Shown: positions 26,901-39,821, counted from the stretch's first letter. The stretch is 64,000 nucleotides of DNA from Phyllosticta citribraziliensis (GCF_038025025.1 NW_027117344.1:868001-932000), one strand, 5' to 3'. Made by a program: numbers and translations. The notes: generated from the sequence alone by a model not told the origin.

Positions 26901-27176
26901 CTCCAAGAAAGACACTGGCCTCAATGATGCGGAATCGAGGTCAGTTGGCAGAACGCAAGTGGCCTGCTTGATGATGGTGACAACAGATGGTGCAGACCGA
27001 AAATGGAACGCTGTAAAGTATATCATTTGTGATTGGCTAGAAATAGCGCGCTTGCCGGAAAATCAGGTATTGTGTTACTATACGGGCTAGCGCCTGAGGC
27101 CCAAGCGCGTACAGGTCCTCAGAGTTTACATCATTGTCCCGTGTTGCATTTCGAACAACAACTCCAACATCTCAAA

Positions 27177-28386
27177 ATGAAACTCTCCGCAGAATCACTT
27201 CCAATCTTTGGCGGCAAGCTGTAAGTAATCTGGCGAAGTGGGACGTTTTGGAACAAACTGACTGAATGCTCACAGCGCTTGGAATTCGTCGGACTGGACG
27301 TCGAGCGACGATCGCGTCCGGGGCGGACGTTCTATCGTAGGTCACACAGCGCCATCAATCCATTCTGAATTGAGAGTAATTGTGTCGCACTAGTCTCATT
27401 TGGGAACCTCTCCTCCATACGATGTTGCCCGGTTTTATGGCAATCTCGACATCAAGACCCTTGGAGGTGCCGGCTTCGCAAGTCAACGCACAGTGGGCGA
27501 GGATCAGACTTGGAACCTTGAGGGTTATGACGGAATCCAAATTGAAGTAGTCAACAACGCGGATACCGATGGTAAAGACATGTCTGACCCAGTCCAGCTG
27601 CACCTTTACTGATCTTGAGCATTAGACAAGAAATACACGTTCAACATCAAGAACCAACTCCTTCCTCGGGACCCAGATACTGGACGGGAGCAATCGACTA
27701 TCTCATACGAGTTTGACTTTGATTTCACGGACAGCAGTGTCGGACGCAACCAGACAATCGCGCTTTTCATCCCCTGGAACGAATTTCGGGCTACCTACAG
27801 GGGCCGCGAGGACCGCAACGCGCCGAAGATTGATTTGAAAAACATCAAGAGATTCGGAATAATGATTAGGAGGTAGGTGAAAAACCATTCTGATCAATTT
27901 GCGCACTACATTTCCATATTAATCTGAGGCACAGCTTCTTCGGTGGACAAGAGGGTGACTTTTCTCTCCTCTTGAAATCTATTGCGGCAGTCAAAGTGAA
28001 GCACGAAGATCGTCCGAGTACAAACTCGGGATCTGACTACGCACAGGAGAGGTCACAAGTCGTGGAAATTTCGGGTTCCGATTCCAAAGAGCAAGTGGAG
28101 ATTCTGACTGCGCAGCCTGCTGGAGATAGCAAGTGCATGAGTCCACCCGACCGTGATCTCGAGAAGCAGGAGGAAGCCCTTTACTGTGGTGACGTCTCGT
28201 CAGGAGACAAGGTGCGTGATTCCACAGCCAATTACCTAATTCCTGCTAACCGACTTTCAAAAGAAAACCCCGGGTGGGCAAACTCCGTCCGCCGCCAGAG
28301 CCACTCCGTCAACATACAAAATCTTGTACGTCGTCGGCGCCATGATGCTGGCGCTGTGGGTTCTTCACCCGGGCAACTGCAAGTAG
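27177..28386 (+). CDS. CIA30/NDUFAF1-family protein with a predicted C-terminal transmembrane tail
   Basis: Multi-exon gene with WTSSDDRVRGGRS, ARFYGNLDIKTLGGAGFASQRT, FIPWNEFRATYRGR and SFFGGQEGDFSL. The last exon (28264-28386) encodes KILYVVGAMMLALWVL. Confidence 0.8.
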
Positions 28387-30777
28387 GAAATGCTCGTGCC
28401 CGCCAACGCCTCGACTCGTGCTTGTGCTCCTTCTTGCTTACTTTCAGGCCCTCGTGGGATCGACGTTGCAGGACAGGGGAAGCTTGCACATGGCGAAGTG
28501 TTCCAATGAGAAGGGAAAAAGCAGTTTGCATGCTGCACACTGCAGTGGCGCTCGGAGCGTATCAAAAGAAAAACAGCGGTTCGCTTCGCTTGCAGAATCC
28601 TTCGGGAAGAAGCAAGTCTGGCGAATTTGTAAGTGGAAAGTAATCACTCCTTTAGCTAATCGGAATTTTCGAATGGGAAGTTGTCCTACATGTTGCGCTC
28701 TAGTCTGACGCTGCCCCAAGCCCTTCAGTTTGACGCTGCCGATGCTAACCGTCACTGATGCTCCTCAAGCCACGTCTGGTGATCCTCACGCTCGAAATCT
28801 TGGGGACAAAAGCATCCTAGGAGCTGGATGGCGCAAATCCAACGCCTTGGTGGCTGCTGGGAAATCCCATTCAACTTCCACTTGGCCGAGCCCATGCCAC
28901 CCACACCCGAGAGTCTTGGACATAGCAATTTTCAGGTCTTTGGCAGACGGAAGGCTGGAGTTTCGGCCAGGAAAGAGCCGCCGGCGATGGCTGAGACAGG
29001 GGGGTCCAGATGACTTGTACAAGGCGGTCACGAGAGGTCTCTCGTCAATCAACCTCAGTAGTCCATCCGGCAACATGCATTGCCGGGTTTTAGGGAAATT
29101 CGAGATGCTGCAATCTCGGCTTTCCCAGGCAGTGATCCCAAGGAGCGGTGACAACGAGCGACACAGGCAAGAGGGCTCGAATCGGAATGCGTAACAGCCC
29201 AAGCACCACACCCGAGAGTGTGTGTCCAGGCATAATCGCCAAGCCCATCCGGCGAGACTCTCGCAGAGGAGGTGCGCTAGCAGTGCCACGTCCCGTATCA
29301 GCGGAGTTGTTCATCGACGCCAGAGACCGGGTCACTGGAAAAGATCTGACCCAGGACTTGTTCGGAAACAATAGGTCTGTTGGTTATGGACCGGAGATGG
29401 CCGATTGCCGACGGCGCGGCGTGTCCGTCTTCGTATCTTGGGCATACTGGCAGGATACCCAACTTTGCCCCTGAACAACCAAAGGTGTACCAGATACCGG
29501 ACTCCTCCACTGACCCGCAAGCCTCCAACACAGGAGGCTGCCGTGCACACCAAATGGGGCCCACCATCACAACCAAGGCACTTCAAGGTCTAGAGGGTGG
29601 CCACTTATCCCAGCTTGTTGGAATTACTTGCCCGAACGGGTAAGGTGAAGCGTGCGAGACGCCTCAACCGCACCTGGAAAGTCAGACAGCACACCCTCAA
29701 CGTCTACCACTGACCCCAGACTGCTCCAAGCGAGCACCACCAAGATTCATCCTCTTACGAATACACCCCAGCTGTGCGCAAGTCCTTTCTTCTGCCTCTG
29801 CAGACCCCGTCCAGCTGGCGCCCAGCTCTAGGCGCCAGAGTCATCAAAACCCCTCATTTGTCCGTGTAGCCCTGAGGAAAGGGAAGCCTGATGACCAACG
29901 GAATCCCACACTTGCTTTTGAACTTTACATCTGTGATACCCACCAAAACACCCTGGAGTGTGGTTCTCATGCCCGTCGCGGGCTTTTTGGAGGATCCAGG
30001 CAGGCGCAGGCGACGTGAGGCCAACAGGACAAAAGTCCACACCATCGGTTCGCGTGCAGTCGTATATGCAGTGAGAGCCTCAAAAACCCATGCACCAGCT
30101 CACCGGTAGTCCCATACCTGTGACGCCGGAGCTGGTCTGTCCTGGTTTTACTGCAGCGTGGTGTGGTGCAGAGCGGAGGAAGGGAGCAGTAAACTTTCGC
30201 TTATTTCCGGGGAACTCGTGTCTGCCTGCTCTGAGAGATCCTTCTTTGAATTGTGTCGATGGTTTGGAGTGGTTCTTCTGTTGGAATCTGATCCAGTGCC
30301 GGTCGTTGTCGGTTTCGATCTCACCTGTACACGTTCTTTGATGCCAAACCGTCATTAGATTGCAGAGAGAGCAGAGATGTCAAGTTTCAAATGCAGGGTG
30401 TGTTAACGAGGTGAATTCTATCGGGCTTTGGAATGAGCGAAAGTCCCGATCCGAATCCGAGTAGGTTTTCGGTGCGCAAATTGCCGCAATGATGGTCGTG
30501 CGCGGCAAAAAGCCTGAGTTGAGGTTAAATGAGATCAGACGGCAACTACCCAGCGCTGCTAAATGGTGGGGTTAAGTTTAGGTTAAATGCAGGATGAGAA
30601 ATCCCCCCAAGTCAAGAAATTTGGGCCGCGCAACGAATCACAACGTCGATGCGTGAACGTTCCAAATGATGGGGACAAAGACGCGATATTGATTCCGGAT
30701 GGGGAAACGATACAATTTCGATTATACATTTGGCGTCAACTGCAGGCTGAAACTCGCAATGCTCGCCAGTCAACCTA

Positions 30778-31600
30778 TCAACCGCCGGTGTTCTGTGTCG
30801 GTGGTTTCTCTGCATCAAACATCAGTGAAAGGCTTCTCTATGCAAACCGTAGCGGTACTCACCCGACAGCCTCGTACGCAGAGAAGTTTCGAGGAGCCTT
30901 CCTTGCTCGCCCGAACACTTGACGAAGTCAGCAGATGTTTCCTTGGCATTAACAATCACTTTCAACATACCCAAACAAACCAGAGCGAATCGCCAAAAGT
31001 GTCGGTCGTGATGAAGTCTTCTTTGCCCTGTTTCGCTTGACCGATTTGGGCTTCAGAGTCCAGGCTGGGCTTGAGAACCTTCTGGTCCTTGACGTTCGGG
31101 TCGGGGGTCCAACCAATTCTGTCGAATTCGGCGGGGATCAAGCCAGGTTTATACGTCGCCTTGCCCGCAGGCTTCTGGCCCTTTGGAAACAACTCGATCT
31201 GGACTTCGGGAGGAGCATACGTCTGGCCTCTTTTGGGGGAGACAACGTAGCTGCCATCGAAGGGTGCTTTGAGAGTGTACAACACTTCGCCTGATGGCAA
31301 CTGTTGGCCCACGATGTCAGGCTGGTTCTGGTCGACAACTCCCTTGGCGTCTTTTTTCGTATTGTCTCTGAGCCTAACTTCGAGCGGATTGGCTTGGTCG
31401 CATCCTGATGGTGTATGTTCAGCAAAATTGTTCTCCATCGTCCATCAAGAGTGGGACAAGGAATACGTACGTGATGTGTCCGACCAAACATAGAAGGTCT
31501 CTTCCTCCGGACCGCCGCTCGCGATCTGGACAGGGGAAGCAGCTGCCCCTGCGAACAACGTGGCAAACGCAAGCAGCGCTGTTGTTGCTTTCAGTACCAT
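30778..31600 (-). CDS. Orphan small secreted protein (~220 aa), unknown function
   Basis: Signal peptide MVLKATTALLAFATLFAGAAA. Intron 31470-31405 (GTACGT..GCTGAAC..CAG) joins in frame to the 30962-31438 ORF. Two more canonical-looking introns near 30970 and 30858 suggest an end near 30778; the 3' end is uncertain. Confidence 0.65.
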
Positions 31601-33085
31601 TATGTCAACTGAATAGACGGTTGCTCGACAATTATCGCGCAAGATCTTTGTAGTCAGTAATGAGGGGGGAAAGTCAAGTTCTTAAGTTGAACCCATGCAG
31701 ACATTATACGGCATACAGCACGTGCCCCCATAGCCAAGATTAAGGATAATACGGCGTGTAAGGCAATGCCTCTCATTTGGCTCTTGGCAGCCGTTTAATA
31801 ACATGAGTAACTGAGCCACCACAACTCTGGATAAAAAGGTCGAGGGAGTCCCACCGCCAGTTATTTGTCCAAGAGCCGTTTCGGACGGTCAGCTCTTCGA
31901 TCTGGACAGCTCAAACTGACTGCGGCGCAGAGATCCGACGATTGAGTACAGTTGGTTGGATGTTGAAGGAGGCGCTCGTGTTCACGATTCGCGAGAGCTT
32001 TCGGCCTAGCGAATGAATACCACCAATGGGAAAGGTCGGCGACCGTGGCTGGTGGGTGCTGGGGGTAACCAGCTCTCCGGCCGTCACTGCCCAGATACCC
32101 AAGTCGGGAGCTCCGGGAGTGCTAGCAGGGTTGGATCCGCGAAGCTCCAGCGACGAACGGGTATATGTCATTCAGGCAGACGACCTCCAACTTTGTACAG
32201 TGAACTCAAGAGCATAATTGGCCAAAGGGGCAACGGCAGGCTTACCCGCGGTTGCTTAGCAGAAATTTGTCTCTTTGCTTGCAGCCTTCGACTGGCCATT
32301 GGATGCGAAGCCTGGCTCGTGAAGTTAAATGTACGATGCTTCGGCCTAACCTTGTGTTAATTTTAGCCCTGATCCACTACCAGGTGCGTATTCCTGACTC
32401 CCTGCTTTTGCTTTGCAGTATGCTGTCAGCTTGGCGCTCAGCTGGGTAGAAATTCCAAGACCCAGGGATGACGAAGCGGCCCTGTGCATGTGGATGAGGA
32501 TCGGGAGTGCGGCGGCCTTGAAAACTCGTGTTCATAGGTAGAGTACGAATCCCCGGGACTCGCGAGGAAGGGAGAGCCCAAGCGTCAACGTTGGCGAGCA
32601 AAATTGATTGGTGAAGAGGAAGTCAGTGCTGCAAAGAGTCTCAGGTCTGGTATGCATATCGACCTTTTCAAAGCTTCATAGTAGTTGGCGCAGAGTAAGC
32701 ATGAAAATCTAGCTTGATCAAAGATAACCTCTTCGGTCCCTTTAAGCTACAGGCCATTAGTTGGAAGCCAACATGGGGCGCGAACACAGTTCTCGCGTAC
32801 TGCGGACGTTCCCCGAGAGTCATGACGGCCGTGTAGGTCCAGACTGAGATTCAAGCGCGCCAGAAGTAAGTTCTTGGCCAGCACAAGGAAAAGTCAAGAT
32901 GCATGTTTGACTTGAATCCGCGCGCGCAAGTCCACTGATGCACCGCATCTGATCCATCACCTCACCTTGTTGACGTGAGCTGACCAAGGGCTTCAAAATG
33001 ATTTCTGAGAAGGTATGAACAAAGAAGGAGATAGCGTGCGACGTGCCTTGAGTACAGTGGGAGAGCAAGATCCATGGATCTACTT

Positions 33086-36000
33086 TCATTCGGAGGACCC
33101 GGCACTCATTACCCCTCTGCCAAACCACTCGCTCACTGTCCCAAATTTATCCCTACTCCTAGACAATGCGTCCAAGAAGATATCATGCCTATCTGCACTT
33201 TCCTCTTGTGCTTTCTTGATTGCTCGTATTGTCGCATTTTGCGGAGCACACTTGGGACACTCGACTTTGCTTATGGGGTCCTCAACGTCACGTTCGGAGT
33301 CCACGTTCAAGCATCTTTGGTGGAATGAATGGTTGCACATGAAATGTACCGTCGGATGATCAAGTCCGGCACCACAGCTCTGACAGCGGGCTGCGGTAAA
33401 TGCAAGAGGCTTGGTATTCAACGCGTCGAGCTCGACACGTTTTGCCGCTGTATCTGACGCAAAGGTTGCGATCATTTTCCGGTTCGTGGAGATATCTGCG
33501 CGTTCGCGCTCAATTGTTGTGGCCAGGTATCTCTTGATCATGCCCATGGTGGCAACTCCGTTGCTGCTGAGGGTTTGAATGACTTGGAGAGGCGCCATGA
33601 GACCGTCCTCATCGATCTTGCGAAGTACGATGTCCAACTCGTCACCCGCTTCCTCGAGAATGTCAGGAGAGGAAGTGAAATATGCCAGTGCAGCGGGGTA
33701 CAATGAGGGCTCCTCAGGGCCGTATTTGCGGAGCGCTTTGATGGCACCAGATGTATCCTTGGCAGCAGTATACGCGCGGAAAATGTCGGCTCGAAGCCCT
33801 TGTTGTTCTCGAACGAGGATAGTACCATCTCTGAAGTTGGTGAGCTCGGAGAGGAGAAGGACGTTTGAACTGTCAATGGAAACAATCTTGCGTTCCACCA
33901 ATTGCTTGGCCTTATTCTCCCAATCTTGCTTTTCACTGCCCTTTTTGCTGGCCGCTGTATGCAGGTACATCTCAAACAGAGTGGTGTAGAGATCACCCTT
34001 ATCTTCATCGCTCAAGCCCGGGGAGTCGATGCATGCTTCGAGGAACACGATGAACTCGTCTGGATGGTCCACGAAAGAGGAAAAGGCTGTACGCGGCTTT
34101 GGAACATCGTACTCGATGGGAGTCTCGTCATTTGTGGTTTCTATAATTTGAGCTTGACTTGCAGTGGTTTTTTGATCCCCTGCGCCGGGTGATTGAATGC
34201 TGCTGGCGTTCATGTAGGGCAGCGGAAGTAGCGCGGCGAGATTTTGGACCGCAGAAGTTGCTATACCGATTCCTCCGGATGAAGCTGGAGCATTTTGGAG
34301 AATGACGGCGTCTTTCTTAGGCCGGAAACTTCCCGTGTAGTAATCGATGAAGATCTGTGTTGTATCCCTTGGACAATGTTCGAGCAGGACCGTTGCGTAC
34401 TTAAGAAAATTCTGGAAAGCTTGCTCAGGTTCAAGCCGCCAAATGTATGCCAAAGCCTCGGCATACTTCTTTGAATCCTCAATCAAGATGTCCACGACGA
34501 GCTCGTGCTCGTTGTGTTTTCGAGCCAAGTAAGCAGCTTGGTCGTAATATCCACCTTGGCGGCACATAGAGATTGCAGTATCGAGATCGAATTTCGGGTC
34601 TCCGGGTGATTTGATGAAATTCTCGAGTTTCTCTACATCCTTGAGTTTGGCGTAGCAATTCAAGAGCAAGGTCGTATGGTCTGGAGTTGCCCTTTGATGT
34701 TCGTGGAGTTCCTCCAGATATTCAATGAGGTTGTGTATGCGTTGAGAGTCGAGAAACTACGAGTTATAAGCATTGGACCAAGAACATGAAGCTTTCGATC
34801 GAGTCCTACCTTTCGAATAACCTGAGAGGGCTCGGTATTGTCGATGGCTTTAAGGTACATCTGCATCGCAGTATCGTAGTCACCCTTCTGATAAAGGTGA
34901 TCACCGTACTTCCTCAAAATGATGTTCATCTGTGCAGGGTCTACTCCGGCTCGTTGTGCCATGTTGATGGCTAGGGGATACAGATTTCGTTGATAGGTCA
35001 ATTCGAGTCTTTGCTGCAGCGCCTTTTCATGGTACCTGTAGAGCTGAAACATGTCAGCGGTTCGTTTTTTCCCACCGAAAATGTCGGTGTCTTACCTTGC
35101 CATCCGACGTGAGGAGAAACAGATCACCCCATTCCACGAAGACGGTCTGCACTTGAGCAGAGAGGGCTTCTTGGTGCGCGATGATGTGCAACTCAGGGTT
35201 CAGCAACGTAAAGTTTGAGGTCGAAAAGAAGTCATCGACTTGGCTGCTCCCAAAGGCGCGCATAGTCGGATTTCTCGTGATAGTATTGGCTTTAGGAGGC
35301 GATACGACCGCAATGTACTCTTTGTAAGTAGCAATGTTCTTCTTGGGACCTTCGTATGCAAACTGTGGCCCCTTGCCATTCAACCGGTAGGTTGCTATGG
35401 CATCGTCACGGGCCACGATAACATCCCCAGTAGTTTTCTCAACAGTCATGCAGCCAATTCCACAACCTTGCTCGTCCAGAGACCGGGCGGGTTGTCCTTG
35501 GCCCCTTCCCGATATCACGAGCGTCGAGATTCTGCCGGTGGTGGCAATGTAGAGCGTCGTAATGTTCCCCTCGCTGAAAGCAATCCCGGTGATTGGCTCT
35601 TCGGTCTCGAAAACAGTGCGTTGCCGCGCCCCGCGGTCGTGTATCAAGTCACCTCTTACGACCGTGACAGCACCGTTCGCGAAGCCAACGGCGAGTTGAG
35701 AGAGGTCTTCCATGGCGGCGAATGCGGAAATCTGCTCCACATCAGTAAAGAGAGTTATTCGGGGTATCGAGACACTGACAGGAAAGGGTTTGCGACCATT
35801 GTGAATGGTCAGAGTTGATTGGCATCGGGGAATGCCAGTCTTCTTCTCTAATTTGTCGAGCGCCCACACTTTTAAAGTCGGCTCACTGGGCAAGTCCTCT
35901 GCTATCGTGACCAGCAATGGGGTACCCTCGACTTGCTTTATGTGCGTGATGGCGCCAGTTTCGTGGGCCTGGAACGAGCGGACAACCTTGAAGGCACTCG

Positions 36001-36266
36001 ATATGATGCGAACGACGCCATCTGCACTGCCCAGAAAAACATTCTCGGACCCAGAAGCAACAGCGGTTATATTCCCCCTCTATGATACGTCAGGTTGGCC
36101 TCTTGCGCATCGACACGGATCGGGGTACCTCGAAGAGCGACGAGCTCTCATCGTCGGGAAGCTGGACTTGAGAGACATCAAAGAACTTGAAAGATTTCCA
36201 CTGCGACAGTCAGCCCAGAGCCAATCGGAATGATGAGATGCAAAGTAATACCCCTGGAAGCGCCAT
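33086..36266 (-). CDS. VPS11: HOPS/CORVET subunit Vps11 (Pep5)
   Basis: Multi-exon gene starting MALPG-WKSFKFFDV. Contains AVGFANGAVTVVRGDLIHDRG, YGDHLYQKGDYDTAM, EPSQVIRKFLD, LLLNCYAKLKD and a C-terminal RING-H2 (CQSC...HFMCNHSFHQRC...CPKC). Confidence 0.95.
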
Positions 36267-36844
36267 TTTCACAGCACATAATCTGCTGTAGGAGCTTGTG
36301 GATGGTGGCAGCTTTGGTCGTGGGGAGCTTGGTTGCGGTGACATGCAGGCTTGGTCCGAGCTGCTTGAGATCTAATCTTATCTCGGCTGACCTACGGATG
36401 TTTTGCCAAGAGGAATGAAGTCCGTGCACGGTAGCGCGACCTGACAGTCTGCCCTGCGCTGTCGACCTGTCCAGCGCCTCGTCGCCCTCGCTCTTCCTCA
36501 CCACCACCGCTCAAACCATCTCGCCATTAACCGCCACCAACCTTTCGCGACTACAGCTTACCCCAACTCTGCCGCTGTGTTGCTCGCCACTTGTTCCTTG
36601 TTGCCGCGTCTTGCACGTCCGCCCAACGCCTGGAACCAGCCGCCGCCCGTCTTCCGGCTTGTCGCGCCTCCTGCATCCCGTTCTTGAGGACAGGTCTTTC
36701 CAAAGCCATCTCCCACTGCCAGCTGCTCCTTCTCTACTCTTGCTTGAAGCTTAGCCAGCTTCTGCAACCCTCTACTTCTGTTCAGGCTTCAGCCTTCCAT
36801 CGCCCGATCTCAAACGCCCGACACAACCACACCGTCGCTCAAAA

Positions 36845-38757
36845 ATGGCCGACAAACTCAACCAGTCTCTCGACGACATCCTCAAGGCCAACCGCCGCAA
36901 GAATGTTCGCGCCAAGGGTGTTCGCCGCTCCGTCGGCGGAAAGCCTGCTGCCAGCGCTGCTCCCGTTGGAGGAGTGAAGAAGAAGACCAAGGTTTCCAAG
37001 CCCACCACGCAGCCCATTCCCACTGGACCATCTGCGAGAGGCTCTGGCGACAGCAAGATCCTTGTCAGCAACTTGGTACGTGTATTCCGCCTCAAACAAA
37101 GTCAACACCTTCTAACTCGCTACAGCCTCATGATGTCGATGAAGCTCAGATTAAGGTATGTTGAGCGCGAAGGCCGCTTAGCCTTGGACTCCTATCGCCG
37201 TTCCTTTTGAGACGCACGATCCTCGCATCTTCTTTGAGAACCTCCGGGGGGCACGTGGAAGTTTTTCAGATACCGCTCGCACACGCTGGCCGACCTCACT
37301 CCAACAAGGCAGATCTCTTGCATTCTCTTGCTCGCATTTCAAATTGCCTGATGCAGAGAGCGAGATTGATCCCTGTTGCACCGTTCTGTGTTACATCTAC
37401 TCCAGCATGATTGACTGCCTGGCAAGCAGCCCAGCTAGAGAGATGCAGATGGTTAAGAGTGGTGGTCAAGGGACCCACCTCTACTGGTGACTCCCATTCA
37501 CGACTTGGACTTTGAAACTGTCTTTGACAGCATTGGTGTCAGCGAGCAGCAGTGAACAGCACAGCACCATCCTGGAATTCGGAAGGGTCCACTCGCGGCA
37601 AATATCGTCCTGTTCAGGAACTTGCACGACTCTTTCGACTGGAACAAACCGGTGCGCGACTCGACCGGCTGCGACGGGCTGATACTAGCTGGCGACTGGT
37701 CTATTCCGTCCGACGCCGTCCGACGGACTGTCTTTATACCGAGACCACCAAGGCGTTTATGGATGCCCTATCGGGTCGCAACCGAGGAATCCGGCACTGA
37801 TTCAAGGGTCTACAAACCTTGTCGAAGAGATCTGAGTGAGCAACCGATGGCTGGGTGGCCATGCATGGCGTGGACCACTTTCCCGGGATTTAGACAGCTT
37901 GCCGAAGGCTTGGCTTACGACTTTGGCTCTCCCGCTTACTAACTTTCACTGCTGGCTCGCTGAACTGATGTTGTTATTGATATTCCTCTTGGGACCGCCG
38001 TCTGGTCGCGACGGTGTCGAGAAGCCGTGCACCTTCTTTGCGCTCAAAGATCTTCTGGGACTCGAAACTTTTGTGGTGATTCCCGACTAATCACATCGTT
38101 CTTCATAGGAGTACTTCAGCAAATCCGTTGGACCCGTCAAGAAGGTTCTCTTGACCTACGGCCCCAATGGCCAGAGCCGCGGAGTTGCCACAGTCATCTT
38201 CTCCCAAGCTGGCGCGGCGGCACAGGCTGCTGCCAAGTACAACGGAATCAAAGTCGACAACAGGCCGATGAAGGTTAGTTCTGCGAAGGATATGGAGACA
38301 GCGGACTCACTGACCATTCTCAGGTTGAAGTCATTCTTGGAGCTTCAGAGGTCCCCGCTCCGGCTCCGGCCAAGTCGCTTTCTGAGCGCGTTCAGTAAGT
38401 GCAACCTTGAAGATTTGTTGATCTTAACTAACAACGCTACAGGCAACCAAAGGCGGCCGCGAAGGCTCAGCCAAAGCCAGCGACTGCCAAGCCGGCTGCT
38501 GCGAAAGCAGGCAAGAAGCGTCGCGGTAGGAACGCCAACCGCGCGAAGCCCAAGACGGCAGAGGAGCTTGATGCGGAAATGCAAGACTACTTTGATGGCT
38601 CCAACCCTGCCGCTGCGGACGGCGACACTGCCATGGCGACCAACGGAGGCGCTGTTCAGGCCATTGCCAATGGAGGCGATACCGGCATGGAGGATGAGGT
38701 TATGGTGAGTTGTACGCCAAAGGGTTCAATATGCCAAACTGACAACAAGGACAGTGA
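36845..38757 (+). CDS. YRA1: mRNA export adaptor / RNA annealing protein Yra1 (ALY/REF)
   Basis: Exons 36845-37075, 37126-37155, 38109-38273, 38324-38394, 38443-38704 and 38755-38757 (stop only). N-box MADKLNQSLDDIL, RRM (SKILVSNLP...EYF...SRGVATVIF...VDNRPMKVE) and C-box KTAEELDAEMQDYF. Confidence 0.93.
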
Positions 38758-39228
38758 ATGGACACAGCTTGAAGACCGGGCGAGGAAATGACAAATTGAG
38801 ATCACTCAACGCAGGTCTAGCCCGAGGCCTGACGTTTACCTTATTCATTGCTACCGGTGCACACCGGTGCTTCCCTTTTCTCCTTGTAAAATGACTTGGG
38901 CGCTCGACGATCAGAATGCTTTCTTCGCCCGGCTGGGAACTGCCTTTCCTTTTCCTGTTTCTCCAACAAACCCCTTTATTCTCGGCGACGGATTGGTCTT
39001 CCACACGGACGAAATCGAAGTTTGCGCATACATAGAGACGAGCAGAAAATTCCAAAAGGAAATTGGCAACCCACACCGAGAAAGGCACGCGCCAGGCACG
39101 CGCCTTGTGACGATGCTTGGCAGCAGAGGTGATGGACACGATGGCATGAGTGGGTGCGTCATGTGTGACGTTGAAAGGAGAACACAGCCCACACCGCACA
39201 ACAAAGGCGGCGGCGTAAAGGCCGTGGT

Positions 39229-39821
39229 GTGGGGCGAGCTCGAGCTTGGACTCCCCAGCCCCAGACGCGGCTGTGGGGACGCGGAGTTGAGGATCAAGAG
39301 AGCACCACACGGCGACAGGCCAAGGCGGGCACGACAAAACCGAAAGGTGCTGAGTAATTTAATTGCCTGATCCAGCTCGTCTACCTCGGTGACCGGGTGA
39401 AGGACCTTGGAACCCCCTGCTCGGGCGCTCGCTCGAAGGGAAGATGGCTGGCGAGGCGGCGGTGGGGCTCCTGGGGTGCTCTCATGGGGCCTGGGGCAGG
39501 GCCTCGCTGTTGAGGCGTGCACAACGGGGCGGTTGAGCTGCGCATAATGAACAAAGAGGTGGACCTGGATCGCCCAAGGCGTCTAGGATGAACGACCATG
39601 GAGGTTTGCGCGATAAGTAACGGCGCGTCGAGGCCAGAAGCTGATTCGCAGCAGTTACCCCGCCCTCAGCCCGAGGGCCCCTCTCGCCATCCATCCATCC
39701 CTCAACCCGAGTCCAACCAACCTAGCCCGGTACCGTCAAGCGCCACCGACAAGATGGCCGCCCGGCCCTTGTGGGGTGCTTCCTTTGCCAGTCCATTACT
39801 TAAAGATCTCATCTACCCCGC
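39229..39821. promoter_or_regulatory. Cluster of CreA/Mig1-type SYGGRG sites upstream of the ALDH gene
   Basis: Eleven matches on both strands, starting at 39229, 39253, 39259, 39273, 39281, 39462, 39471, 39491, 39658, 39771 and 39816. Confidence 0.5.
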
